Source: Macrostomum hystrix (Eukaryota > Animalia > Platyhelminthes). Taken from it: 64,000 nucleotides of DNA. How positions within the stretch are numbered: position 1 is the first letter of the stretch; every line of letters starts with the position of its first letter. The stretch is taken from positions 2,976,001 to 3,040,000 of the forward strand of contig CATNEN010000025.1 of assembly GCA_950097015.1 (NCBI GenBank). The letters are read 5' to 3'. Under the pieces are notes generated by a model. The model had not been told where the DNA came from, did not search any database, and worked only from the letters and a program-made list of their open reading frames with translations. Shown one piece after another: positions 1 to 13,505 of the stretch. The position numbers and the translations under genes were made by a program.

Positions 1-150
1 CCCATTTAGAATGAGGGATCTGGCCCATTTAGAATGAGGGATCTGACCCATTTAGAATGAGGGATCTGGCCCATTTAGAATGAGGGATCTGACCCATTTA
101 GAATGAGGGATCTGACCCATTTAGAATGAGGGATCTGACCCAATTAGAGT
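1..150. repeat. 23-bp minisatellite (CCCATTTAGAATGAGGGATCTGA), truncated by window edge
   Basis: About 6 tandem units visible. Confidence 0.9.
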
Positions 151-759
151 GAGGTATTTGACTTTTCTTTAATTGAGTCCTCTTCAATAGTAAATTCTGA
201 ATCGAAATTAAGATAAAATCACAGGCCATCACAATGGTAACACTGCAATTGAGCAATTTGGAAGCAATATTCAAGTTACGTAATACGAGTACACCACACG
301 CCACCAACTCAGAAGAAAAGAAGAAGAGAAGGCACAAGAAACTCTATCGCGTAGTTTGGAAATGACGGCCAAAAGCTCAGCAAGAAAATAAATATCTGGC
401 TGGTGAATAAAATATATTTAGATAAAATCTGCACATTTTCTAAATTATCAGACTTCAAGATCAAGCACAGAGCAACCAAAGTAATAGAACCATGGAGACA
501 TGAATGTTAGAAAATTAAGGGACAACAATATACCAGACAACGCCTGTTCTCTGGACTGCCTATAGTATAGAGGTTTATACTGAGCATTGTTACTTGTCCA
601 TGTCATCAGGGTCTTCGACAAGAATAGCTGAATATATCGACAATTCTGACGTCGAAAGGCTTTGAAAGCTAGTTCATCGTAAAGGTCGGATGGTGAACTT
701 TTACGAAAATCGGTCATTTGGTTTGGGAGCAATCGTGAAGTATCTCTCTCTATCTATTT

Positions 760-1330
760 GCAGGGGGGCCCGGGGCACTTGTCGCACAAGCGACGGAGCG
801 GCACGCCCCCAGACCGGCGAACTAGGCGCTTTTGCGCCCATCGCGCCGCCTCCCCTGAGCAGGCACCACACACAGCAGCACAGACCAGCCGGGGAGGGCA
901 GGAGGCACCCAGAATAGGCAGCAGTGCCCCCACCCCAGCCCCACACGCACATAGCAGACCAAGCCTGATAAGGCTGATAAGAAATCAGTCCTCAGGGGGG
1001 GCCGGGTGATGAGTGCACACTTATCCAATCGCGCTGACGGAAGTCCAGAAAGGGCGCGGCGGTGTACACCCGCCCCCAGCCACCCCCCGCAAGGCCTCAC
1101 GCCCCAGCGCCAACGCACACAACTCACACAACGCAGAACAGGCACACAGAAGGTAGGAGCGAAGCTATTATTTCAAGCTTTGATTGCACGAAATATGGTG
1201 CACCTCCGCCGGTCGCTACTGTCCAAACCCCCCAACAAGTCCCGAAATTAATCGTGACTAGAAGGGTGAATCGAACTAGCGTCCTTTGGAGTGCGAGGCA
1301 GCGACGTTAGCCGCTGACCCACTCGCCCCC
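760..1330 (-). mobile_element. Related tRNA-derived SINE-like element with GC-rich body
   Basis: Minus-strand head GGGGCGAGTGGGTCAGCGGCTAACGTCGCTGCCTCGCACTCCAAAGGACGCTAGTTCGATTCACCC (box A and box B). The body shares TCGTGCAAT and GTGTACAC motifs with family A. The 3' boundary is uncertain. Confidence 0.6.
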
Positions 1331-1609
1331 TTTATCGTGAAGTAGACAGATAAAAGAATATTCAGAAACGAAAAAAAATTCCAAAATTGAAGCGTTAGCG
1401 TTTTGATATAAAACGTTTTTATAATTGTTTTCTGATTCTATCCAAGGCAATATTGCTTTGAAAAACTTGGCTACTTTAAAATAACGGAAATGTAGATATT
1501 TTTCTACATTACCACTTTTCGAACTTTATATGACTAGAATATAACAATTTGTCTTTATTAAAATTTCACAGCTCACTTTGTAGATACAACAGGCAGACAT
1601 ATAACTGAC

Positions 1610-1670
1610 TGAACCAATGAGCGATGAGCTCGACTGAAGTTGGGCGCGCCAAGGGAGCCAATCAAATTCT
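1610..1670 (+). promoter_or_regulatory. Two CCAAT boxes about 500 nt upstream of the putative GATA start
   Basis: AACCAATGAG and AGCCAATCAA flank a GC-rich GGGCGCGCC element. Confidence 0.3.
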
Positions 1671-2171
1671 AGACAACCTTTCTTGCATTATTTAGCCACT
1701 AGTAGATGGGCAAGCCATCTCAGCAGACATTATCATAGATTATCAAACATAATATTGAAATCTTCAAATTGACTAGATATTAAAATCGTCAGTGTTTGCT
1801 AGTAAACTATTTTTAATACTCTTCATTTTAGCCTTCTAATAAGAGGTGAGTTGGTGTTCTCTGATGATAAAAATAGGGAATTATAACATTGGAAACATGA
1901 GTTAAAGAAATAGAAAATATAAGGGAGACAATAGAGATGGGAGAGTGCGGAAGCGAGAGAGGTGAGATTGAAGAGATGCAACTGATGGGAGTGAGAAAAG
2001 AGATAGTAAAGATAGAGAAGAGATATTAGAGAGATAAAAGATATTAGAGAGAGAAGAGATAGTAGAGATAGATAAGAAATGAGAAAGAGAGAAAATATAT
2101 AATTTAGTGAAGAAAATGAATAGAATAGATTAAAAAAGCATCTGAAAAATGTTGGCACCGCAGCCTCAGTC

Positions 2172-2406
2172 ATGATTCCCGACGTGAGGACCTTGGCATC
2201 CGCCGCGGAACAACAGCGCGCATACCAGCAGCATCCGCAGCTGCAGCATCCGTACCAGCAGCAGCTGCAGCATCAGCCCAGGCTGCAGATTCCACGGCAG
2301 CATTGTGGCAGCGGCTACGCTTCATCGGTCGTCAGCCATGCCTCATTGACAGCCGTTGCGTCTCCATATCAGCACCACCTGCCATCAGGATACCAACAGC
2401 ATTATA
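2172..2406 (+). CDS. Putative first coding exon of the GATA gene (Q/H/Y-rich)
   Basis: ATG at 2172, Q/H-rich open frame, donor TATA|gtgagt at 2407 (phase 1). The phase matches the acceptor ccaag|GTCAG at 14950, implying a 12.5-kb intron. The connection is inferred. Confidence 0.6.
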
Positions 2407-2408
2407 GT

Positions 2409-4155
2409 GAGTTTCCGGGTTGTTTTGAGGGTTTCCGGATTGGTTTGAGGGTTTCCGGATTGGTTTGAGGGTTTCCGGATTGGTTTGAGGGTTTCCGGAT
2501 TGGTTTGAGGGCTTCCGGATTGGTTTCAGGGTTTCCGGATTGGTTTGAGGGTTTCCGGATTGGTTTGAGGGTTTCCGGATTGGTTTGAGGGTTTCCGGAT
2601 TGGTTTGAGGGCTTCCGGATTGGTTTGAGGGTTTCCGGATTAGTTTGATGGTTTCCGGATTGGTTTGATGGTTTCCGGATTGGTTTGATGGTTTCTGGAG
2701 TCGTTTGATAGCTGCAGATTGGTTTGATTGTTGCAGATTGGTTTGATTGTTGCAGATTGGTTTGATAGTTGCAGATTGGTTTGATTGTTGCAGATTGGTT
2801 TGATTGTTGCAGATTGGTTTTGATAGCTGCAGATTGGTTTGATTGTTGCAGAATGTTTTGATTGTTGCAGATTGGTTTGATAGTTGCAGATTGGTTTGAT
2901 TGTTGCAGATTGGTTTGATTGTTGCAGATTGGTTTAATAGTTGCAGATTGGTTTGATTGTTGCAGATTGGTTTGATTGTTGCAGATTGGTTTGATTGTTG
3001 CAGATTGGTTTGATTGTTGCAGATTGGTTTAATAGTTGCAGATTGGTTTGATTGTTGCAGATTGGTTTGATTGTTGCAGATTGGTTTGATAGATGCAGAT
3101 TGGTTTGATTGTTGCAGATTGGTTTGATTGTTGCAGATTGGTTTGATTGTTGCAGATTGGTTTGATTGTTGCAGATTGGTTTGATTGTTGCAGATTGGTT
3201 TGATTGTTGCAGAATGTTTTGATTGTTGCAGATTGGTTTGATAGTTGCAGATTGGTTTAATTGTTGCAGATTGGTTTGATTGTTGCAGATTGGTTTAATA
3301 GTTGCAGATTGGTTTGATTGTTGCAGATTGGTTTGATTGTTGCAGATTGGTTTGATTGTTGCAGATTGGTTTAATAGTTGCAGATTGGTTTGATTGTTGC
3401 AGATTGGTTTGATTGTTGCAGATTGGTTTGATTGTTGCAGATTGGTTTGATTGTTGCAGATTGGTTTGATTGTTGCAGATTGGTTTGATTGTTGCAGATT
3501 GGTTTGATTGTTGCAGATTGGTTTGATTGTTGCAGATTGGTTTGATTGTTGCAGATTGGTTTGATTGTTGCAGATTGGTTTAATAGTTGCAGATTGGTTT
3601 GATTGTTGCAGATTGGTTTGATTGTTGCAGATTGGTTTGATTGTTGCAGATTGGTTTGATTGTTGCAGATTGGTTTGATTGTTGCCGATTGGTTTAATAG
3701 TTGCAGATTGGTTTGATTGTTGCAGATTGGTTTGATTGTTGCAGATTGGTTTGATAGCTGCAGATTGGTTTAATAGTTGCAGATTGGTTTGATTGTTGCA
3801 GATTGGTTTGATTGTTGCAGATTGGTTTAATAGTTGCAGATTGGTTTGATTGTTGCAGATTGGTTTTGATAGCTGCAGATTGGTTTGATTGTTGCAGATT
3901 GGTTTGATTGTTGCAGATTGGTTTGATTGTAGCAGATTGGTTTGATTGTTGCAGATTGGTTTGATTGTTGCAGATTGGTTTGATTGTTGCAGATTGGTTT
4001 GATTGTTGCAGATTGGTTTGATTGTTGCAGATTGGTTTGATTGTTGCAGATTGGTTTGATTGTTGCAGATTGGTTTGATTGTTGCAGATTGGTTTAATAG
4101 TTGCAGATTGGTTTGATTGTTGCAGATTGGTTTGATTGTTGCAGATTGGTTTTGA
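2409..4155. repeat. Graded minisatellite: 20-bp GGGTTTCCGGATTGGTTTGA changing into 19-bp TTGTTGCAGATTGGTTTGA
   Basis: Direct inspection; the transition lies near 2650-2730. Confidence 0.95.
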
Positions 4156-4479
4156 ATGATTCTGAGGGTTTCAAAGCTTGACAATTCGTTAGTTTAATTG
4201 AATTTAGCATAACTCAGGTGAGGCATGTAGTTTAATTACGTCTGGCACGCAACGCGTTCGCAAGGTTTGAATGACAGCACAACACAAGAGTATTGAGAAA
4301 ATATTTTAAAGCTAAAAATAAAATATAGTAAATAAACTAGCAACCAAGACCCCTGTTGGGGTAAGAAGATCACGCTTAACAGCCCTGAGAAGAAAAATAA
4401 TTAAAAGAATGCAACTTCAATACTAATATTATCTTTTCTTGATATCTCCTCGATCAATCATACTACCCCTTTGATATAT

Positions 4480-6420
4480 CATGCTATCCCTTGACAAAGC
4501 ATGCTATCCCCTCAATTTATGCTTTCCCCTCGATAATTCAGGCTCCCCCTCGTTAATACATGCTATCCACTTGATAAGTCATGCTTCCCCTCTCGGCAAT
4601 TCATGCTTCCCCTTGACAATTCATGCTTCCCCCTTGACAATTCATGCTTCCCCCTTGACAATTCATGCTTCCCCCTTGACAATTCATGCTTCCTCTTGAC
4701 ACTTCATGCTTCCCCCTTGACACTTCATGCTTGCCCTAGACAATTCATGCTTCCCTTCGACAATTCATGCTTCCCATCGATAATTCATGCTTCCCCTCGA
4801 TAATTCATGCTTCCCCTCGACAATTCATGCTTCCCATCGATAATTCATGCTTCCCTTCGACAATTCATGCTTCCCATCGACAATTCATGCTTCCCACTCG
4901 AAAATTCATGCTTCCCACTCGATAATTCATGCTTCCCCTCGACAATTCATGCTTGCCATCGATAATTCATGCTTCCCTTCGACAATTCATGCTTCCCATC
5001 GATAATTCATGCTTCCCCCTTGACAATTCATGCTTCCCACTCGATAATTCATGCTTCCCCCTTGACAATTCATGCTTCCCACTCGATAATTCATGCTTCC
5101 CACTCGACAATTCATGCTTCCCCTCGACAATTCATGCTTCCCACTCGACAATTCATGCTTCCCACTCGATAATTCATGCTTCGCACTCGACAATTCATGC
5201 TTCCCACTCGACAATTCATGCTTCCCACTCGATAATTCATGCTTCCCACTCGACAATTCATGCTTCCCCTCGACAATTCATGCTTCCCACTCGACAATTC
5301 ATGCTTCCCACTCGACAATTCATGCTTCCCACTCGACAATTCATGCTTCCCACTCGACAATTCATGCTTCCCCTCGACAATTCATGCTTCCCACTCGACA
5401 ATTCATGCTTCCCACTCGACAATTCATGCTTCCCACTCGATAATTCATGCTTCGCACTCGACAATTCATGCTTCCCACTCGACAATTCATGCTTCCCACT
5501 CGACAATGCATGCTTCCCACTCGATAATTCATGCTTCGCACTCGACAATTCATGCTTCCCACTCGACAATTCATGCTTCCCACTCGATAATTCATGCTTC
5601 CCACTCGATAATTCATGCTTACCACTCGACAATTCATGCTTCCCACTCGATAATTCATGCTTCCCACTCGACAATTCATGCTTCCCACTCGACAATTCAT
5701 GCTTCCCACTCGATAATTCATGCTTACCACTCGACAATTCATGCTTCCCACTTGACAATTCATGCTTCCCACTCGACAATTCATGCTTCCCACTCGACAA
5801 TTCATGCTTCCCACTCGACAATTCATGCTTCCCCTCGACAATTCATGCTTCCCACTCGACAATTCATGCTTCCCACTCGACAATTCATGCTTCCCACTCG
5901 ATAATTCATGCTTCGCACTCGACAATTCATGCTTCCCACTCGACAATTCATGCTTCCCACTCGACAATGCATGCTTCCCACTCGATAATTCATGCTTCCC
6001 ACTCGACAATTCATGCTTCCCACTCGACAATTCATGCTTCCCACTCGATAATTCATGCTTCCCACTCGATAATTCATGCTTACCACTCGACAATTCATGC
6101 TTCCCACTCGATAATTCATGCTTCCCACTCGACAATTCATGCTTCCCACTCGACAATTCATGCTTCCCACTCGATAATTCATGCTTCCCCATGACAATTC
6201 ATGCTTCCCCTCGACAATTCATGCTTCCCACTCGACAATTCATGCTTTCCCTCGACAATTCATGCTTCCCACTCGACAATTCATGCTTCCCCTCGACAAT
6301 TCATGCTTCCCACTCGACAATTCATGCTTCCCCTCGACAATTCATGCTTCCCACTCGATAATTTATGTAACACTCCTAATAATTCATGCTACCCTCTCGA
6401 TAAGTCATGTTTTTCCAAAC
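4480..6420. repeat. 20/21-bp minisatellite (TCATGCTTCCCACTCGACAAT)
   Basis: Homogeneous core with degenerate ends. Confidence 0.95.
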
Positions 6421-7469
6421 GAAACATTAAGCTTTCGAATTATAGAAAAAATAATGACTGCTTCGCTGCTCGAAAAAACGCTTAGTTATAAAAATATTTA
6501 TGCGATTTGCTATGATTAAAATATCTTCTCGTAGTCTTGAATTTAATAACGATTGCAGCAATATGCCTAAAAGCACATTTCCTTCGTTTAAAAAAATAGC
6601 GCTTAAAGCTACGTTTGCTCGAACAGTCTTCATGCTCGAAAAAATGTAAAAATTTAAAATGAATAACGCTTTCAGCTGTGCTCAACATATTTTCTTCCAG
6701 TTCTACGCTTGCAGATATGCTAAAATAATCTTACCTTAGTTTTAGTATCGAAAAACAATTGCTGCTACATTCGATAATATTTTTTCTCACAGCGCGAAAA
6801 GTAATAATAAAGCAAAAATATATTAGCTTTGGCCGCAAGTGCTTAATCAGAAGCGCTTACTGCTTATGCTCGAACCCAAAAATGCCTAATAAATAAATAA
6901 AAAATAAACACTAACTTACGTTTTTAACTGTTGATGATAGACGATTAGAAGAAAAAGAAGCGGTAACAAAACTGATGCTGAAATTCGACCTGCATTCTGC
7001 AAAATATTAAAAGTACTTTACTTCGGGGCTAGATGAAAAGAAAGCGGCACAATGATCGAAGTCGAGACAGGGTTTGACAATGTATAGGCTGCAGTTTTCA
7101 GCGACAGAAAGGAAGAGGAGCATCAAAAATTGAGCATCAAAAAAGTCCAATCATTGAAATCTGCTATGTACGTTTTACTTATTCAAATCAAGTCACTCAC
7201 GCGCGGGCGAGAAAAAGCACTAAAGATGCAATCTAATAAAACTGACAGTGTCGGGCCCTAAGATGCAAAATGACCTTTAAAAATATCAGAAAAAGACAGC
7301 TTTTTCGAAAATTTAATGCCTTTAGAATGAAGCAAATTATTAGAAAATGAAGGCGTACCATCTCGTTAAGAAGGTGAATCGCGAACATCGGAAAACGCGT
7401 TCGCTAGAACGACTAGACCACTTTTTTACATTGAGTAAATTGACATAGAAATATACTAGATATCCATAG

Positions 7470-10400
7470 ATTCTAAGCCTAGATTCTGAGCTTAGATTTC
7501 CATCGATTCTGAGCTTAGATATCCATCGATTCTGAGCTTAGATATCCATCGATTCTGAGCTTAGATATCCATCGATTCTGAGCTTAGATTTCCATCGATT
7601 CTGAGCTTAGATATCCATCGATTCTGAGCTTAGATTTCCATCGATTCTAAGCCTAGATTCTGAGCTTAGATTTCCATCGATTCTGAGCTTAGATATCCAT
7701 CGATTCTGAGCTTAGATATCCATCGATTCTGAGCTTAGATATCCATCGATTCTGAGCTTAGATTTCCATCGATTCTGAGCTTAGATTTCCATCGATTCTG
7801 AGCTTAGATATCCATCGATTCTGAGCTTAGATATCCATCGATTCTGAGCTTAGATTTCCATCGATTCTGAGCTTAGATATCCATCGATTCTGAGCTTAGA
7901 TATCCATCGATTCTGAGCTTAGATATCAATCGATTCTGAGCTTAGATATACATCGATTCTGAGCTTAGATATCAATCGATTCTGAGCTTAGATATCAATC
8001 GATTCTGAGCTTAGATATCAATCGATTCTGAGCTTAGATTTCCATCGATTCTGAGCTTAGATATCAATCGATTCTGAGCTTAGATATCAATCGATTCTGA
8101 GCTTAGATTTCCATCGATTCTGAGCTTAGGTATCAATCGATTCTGAGCTTAGATATCAATCGATTCTGAGCTTAGATATCCATCGATTCTGAGCTTAGAT
8201 ATCAATCGATTCTGAGCTTAGATATCCATCGATTCTGAGCTTAGATATCCATCGATTCTGAGCTTAGATATCAATCGATTCTGAGCTTAGATATACATCG
8301 ATTCTGAGCTTAGATATCCATCGATTCTGAGCTTAGATATCAATCGATTCTGAGCTTAGATATCAATCGATTCTGAGCTTAGATATCCATCGATTCTGAG
8401 CCTAGATTTCCATCGATTCTGAGCTTAGATTTCCATCGATTCTGAGCTTAGATATACATCAATTCTGAGCCTAGATATCAATCGATTCTGAGCTTAGATA
8501 TCAATCGATTCTGAGCTTAGATATCAATCGATTCTGAGCTTAGATATCCATCGATTCTAAGCCTAGATTTCCATCGATTCTGAGCCTAGATATACATCGA
8601 TTCTGAGCCTAGATTTCCATCGATTCTGAGCTTAGATATACATCGATTCTGAGCTTAGATATCCATCGATTCTGAGCTTAGATATACATCGATTCTGAGC
8701 TTAGATATCCATCGATTCTGAGCTTAGATATACATCGATTCTGAGCTTAGGTATCAATCGATTCTGAGCTTAGATATCCATCGATTCTGAGCTTAGATAT
8801 CCATCGATTCTGAGCCTAGATTTCCATCGATTCTGAGCTTAGATATCAATCGATTCTGAGCTTAGATATCCATCGATTCTGAGCTTAGATATACATCGAT
8901 TCTGAGCTTAGATATCAATCGATTCTGAGCTTAGATATCCATCGATTCTGAGCTTAGATATACATCGATTCTGAGCTTAGATATCCATCGATTCTGAGCT
9001 TAGATATACATCGATTCTGAGCTTAGGTATCAATCGATTCTGAGCTTAGATATCCATCGATTCTGAGCTTAGATATCAATCGATTCTGAGCTTAGATATC
9101 AATCGATTCTGAGCTTAGATATCCATCGATTCTGAGCTTAGATATCCATCGATTCTGAGCTTAGATATCCATCGATTCTGAGCCTAGATTTCCATCGATT
9201 CTGAGCTTAGATATCAATCGATTCTGAGCTTAGATATCCATCGATTCTGAGCTTAGATATACATCGATTCTGAGCTTAGATATCCATCGATTCTGAGCTT
9301 AGATTTCCATCGATTCTGAGCTTAGATATCAATCGATTCTGAGCTTAGATTTCCATCGATTCTGAGCTTAGATATACATCGATTCTGAGCTTAGATATCC
9401 ATCGATTCTGAGCTTAGATTTCCATCGATCGATTCTGAGCTTAGATATCAATCGATTCTGAGCTTAGATATCAATCGATTCTGAGCTTAGATATCAATCG
9501 ATTCTGAGCTTAGATTTCCATCGATTCTGAGCTTAGATATACATCGATTCTGAGCTTAGGTATCAATCGATTCTGAGCTTAGATATCCGTCGATTCTGAG
9601 CCTAGATTTCCATCGATTCTGAGCTTAGATATCAATCGATTCTGAGCCTAGATTTCCATCGATTCTGAGCCTAGATTTCCATCGATTCTGAGCTTAGATA
9701 TCAATCGATTCTGAGCTTAGATATCCATCGATTCTGAGCTTAGATATCCATCGATTCTGAGGTTAGATTTTCATCGATTCTGAGCTTAGATATCAATCGA
9801 TTCTGAGCTTAGATATCCATCGATTCTGAGCTTAGATATCAATCGGTTCTGAGCTTAGATTTCCATCGATTCTGAGCTTAGATATCCATCGATTCTGAGG
9901 TTAGATATCCATCGATTCTGAGCTTAGATATCAATCGATTCTGAGCTTAGATATCAATCGATTCTGAGCTTAGATTTCCATCGATTCTGAGCTTAGATAT
10001 CCATCGATTCTGAGGTTAGATATCAATCGATTCTGAGCTTAGATATCAATCGATTCTGAGCTTAGATATCCATCGATTCTGAGGTTAGATATCAATCGAT
10101 TCTGAGCTTAGATTTCCATCGATTCTGAGCTTAGATATCCATCGATTCTGAGGTTAGATATCAATCGATTCTGAGCTTAGATATCAATCGATTCTGAGCT
10201 TAGATATCCATCGATTCTGAGGTTAGATATCCATCGATTCTGAGGTTAGATATCAATCGATTCTGAGCTTAGATATCAATCGATTCTGAGCTTAGATATC
10301 CATCGATTCTGAGGTTAGATATCAATCGATTCTGAGGTTAGATTTCCATCGATTCTAAGCCTAGATTCTGAGCTTAGATATCCATCGATTCTGAGCTTAG

Positions 10401-13400
10401 ATATCCATCGATTCTGAGCTTAGATATCAATCGATTCTGAGCTTAGATTTCCATCGATTCTAAGCCTAGATTCTGAGCTTAGATATCTATCGATTCTGAG
10501 CTTAGATATCCATCGATTCTGAGCTTAGATTTCCATCGATTCTGAGCTTAGATTTCCATCGATTCTGAGCTTAGATTTCCATCGATTCTGAGCTTAGATA
10601 TCCATCGATTCTGAGCTTAGATATCCATCGATTCTGAGCTTAGATATCCATCGATTCTGAGCCTAGATATCCATCGATTCTGAGCTTAGATATCCATCGA
10701 TTCTGAGCTTAGATATACATCGATTCTGACCTTAGATTTCCATCGATTCTAAGCCTAGATTCTGAGCTTAGATATCCATCGATTCTGAGCTTAGATATCC
10801 ATCGATTCTGAGCTTAGATATCTATCGATTCTGAGCTTAGATATACTCGTACATCGATTCTGAGCTTAGATATCCATCGATTCTAAGCCTAGATTCTGAG
10901 CTTAGATATCTATCGATTCTGAGCTTAGATATCCATCGATTCTGAGCTTAGATTTCCATCGATTCTGAGCTTAGATTTCCATCGATTCTGAGCTTAGATT
11001 TCCATCGATTCTGAGCTTAGATATCCATCGATTCTGAGCTTAGATATCCATCGATTCTGAGCTTAGATATCCATCGATTCTGAGCTTAGATATCCATCGA
11101 TTCTGAGCTTAGATATCCATCGATTCTGAGCTTAGATATACATCGATTCTGACCTTAGATTTCCATCGATTCTAAGCCTAGATTCTGAGCTTAGATATCC
11201 ATCGATTCTGAGCTTAGATATCCATCGATTCTGAGCTTAGATATCTATCGATTCTGAGCTTAGATATCCATCGATTCTGAGCTTAGGTATCAATCGATTC
11301 TGAGCTTAGATTTCCATCGATTCTGAGCTTAGATTTCCATCGATTCTGAGCTTAGATATCCATCGATTCTGAGGTTAGATATCCATCGATTCTGAGCTTA
11401 GATTTCCATCGATCGATTCTGAGCTTAGATATCCATCGATTCTGAGGTTAGATATCCATCGATTCTGAGCTTAGATATCCATCGATTCTGAGCTTAGATA
11501 TCCATCGATTCTGAGCTTAGATATCCATCGATTCTGAGCTTAGATATACTCGTACATCGATTCTGAGCTTAGATATCCATCGATTCTGAGCTTAGATATA
11601 CATCGATTCTGAGCTTAGATATCCATCGATTCTGAGCTTAGATATCCATCGATTCTGAGCTTAGATATCCATCGATTCTGAGCTTAGATATACATCGATT
11701 CTGAGCTTAGATATCCATCGATTCTGAGCTTAGATATACATCGATTCTGAGCTTAGATATCAATCGATTCTGAGCTTAGATTTCCATCGATTCTGAGCTT
11801 AGATTTCCATCGATTCTAAGCCTAGATTCTGAGCTTAGATATCCATCGATTCTGAGCTTAGATATCCATCGATTCTGAGCTTAGATATCCATCGATTCTG
11901 AGCTTAGATATACATCGATTCTGAGCTTAGATATCAATCGATTCTGAGCTTAGATTTCCATCGATTCTGAGCTTAGATTTCCATCGATTCTAAGCCTAGA
12001 TTCTGAGCTTAGATATCCATCGATTCTGAGCTTAGATATCCATCGATTCTGAGCTTAGATATCTATCGATTCTGAGCTTAGATTTCCATCGATTCTGAGG
12101 TTAGATATCCATCGATTCTGAGCTTAGATATCCATCGATTCTGAGGTTAGATATCAATCGATTCTGAGCTTAGATATCCATCGATTCTGAGGTTAGATAT
12201 CCATCGATTCTGAGCTTAGATATCCATCGATTCTGAGCTTAGATATCCATCGATTCTGAGCTTAGATATCCATCGATTCTGAGCTTAGATATACATCGAT
12301 TCTGAGCTTAGATATCCATCGATTCTGAGCTTAGATATACATCGATTCTGAGCTTAGATATCAATCGATTCTGAGCTTAGATATCCATCGATTCTGAGCT
12401 TAGATATCCATCGATTCTGAGCTTAGATATCAATCGATTCTGAGCTTAGGTATCAATCGATTCTGAGCTTAGATATCCATCGATTCTGAGCTGAGGTATC
12501 AATCGATTCTGAGCTTAGATTTCCATCGATTCTGAGCTTAGATTTCCATCGATTCTGAGCTTAGATATCCATCGATTCTGAGCTTAGATATCCATCGATT
12601 CTGAGCTTAGATTTCCATCGATTCTGAGCTTAGATTTCCATCGATTCTGAGCTTAGATATCCATCGATTCTGAGCTTAGATATCCATCGATTCTGAGCTT
12701 AGATATCCATCGATTCTGAGCTTAGATATCCATCGATTCTGAGCTTAGATATACATCGATTCTGAGCTTAGATATCCATCGATTCTGAGCTTAGATATCC
12801 ATCGATTCTGAGCTTAGATATCCATCGATTCTGAGCTTAGATATACATCGATTCTGAGCTTAGATATCCATCGATTCTGAGCTTAGATATACATCGATTC
12901 TGAGCTTAGATATCAATCGATTCTGAGCTTAGATATCCATCGATTCTGAGCTTAGATATCCATCGATTCTGAGCTTAGATATCCATCGATTCTGAGCTTA
13001 GATATCAATCGATTCTGAGCTTAGGTATCAATCGATTCTGAGCTTAGATATCCATCGATTCTGAGCTTAGGTATCAATCGATTCTGAGCTTAGATTTCCA
13101 TCGATTCTGAGCTTAGATTTCCATCGATTCTGAGCTTAGATATCCATCGATTCTGAGCTTAGATATCCATCGATTCTGAGGTTAGATATCAATCGATTCT
13201 GAGCTTAGATTTCCATCGATTCTGAGCTTAGATATCAATCGATTCTGAGGTTAGATTTCCATCGATTTTGAGCTTAGATATCCATCGATTTTGAGCTTAG
13301 ATATCCATCGATTTTGAGCTTAGATATCAATCGATTTTGAGCTTAGATATCCATCGATTTTGAGCTTAGATATCCATCGATTTTGAGCTTAGATATCCAT

Positions 13401-13505
13401 CGATTTTGAGCTTAGATATCCATCGATTCTGAGCTTAGATTTCCATCGATTCTGAGCTTAGATTTCCATCGATTCTGAGCTTAGATTTCCATCGATTCTG
13501 AGCCC
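7470..13505. repeat. 6-kb satellite, 23-bp unit GATTCTGAGCTTAGATATCCATC
   Basis: Roughly 260 units. Variants are concentrated in the TATCC/TTTCC/TATCA/TATAC segment, and ATCGAT spans each junction. Confidence 0.97.

Noticed and set aside
1255-1330. Bona fide tRNA genes at box A/box B sites (also 7365-7420, 50060-50124, 57450-57525, 61575-61640)
   Set aside because: No complete cloverleaf or acceptor stem was found; where a flank is recognisable it continues into a SINE body.
2934-6519. 416-aa and 421-aa repetitive ORFs and overlapping ones
   Set aside because: Minisatellite translations inside the putative GATA intron.
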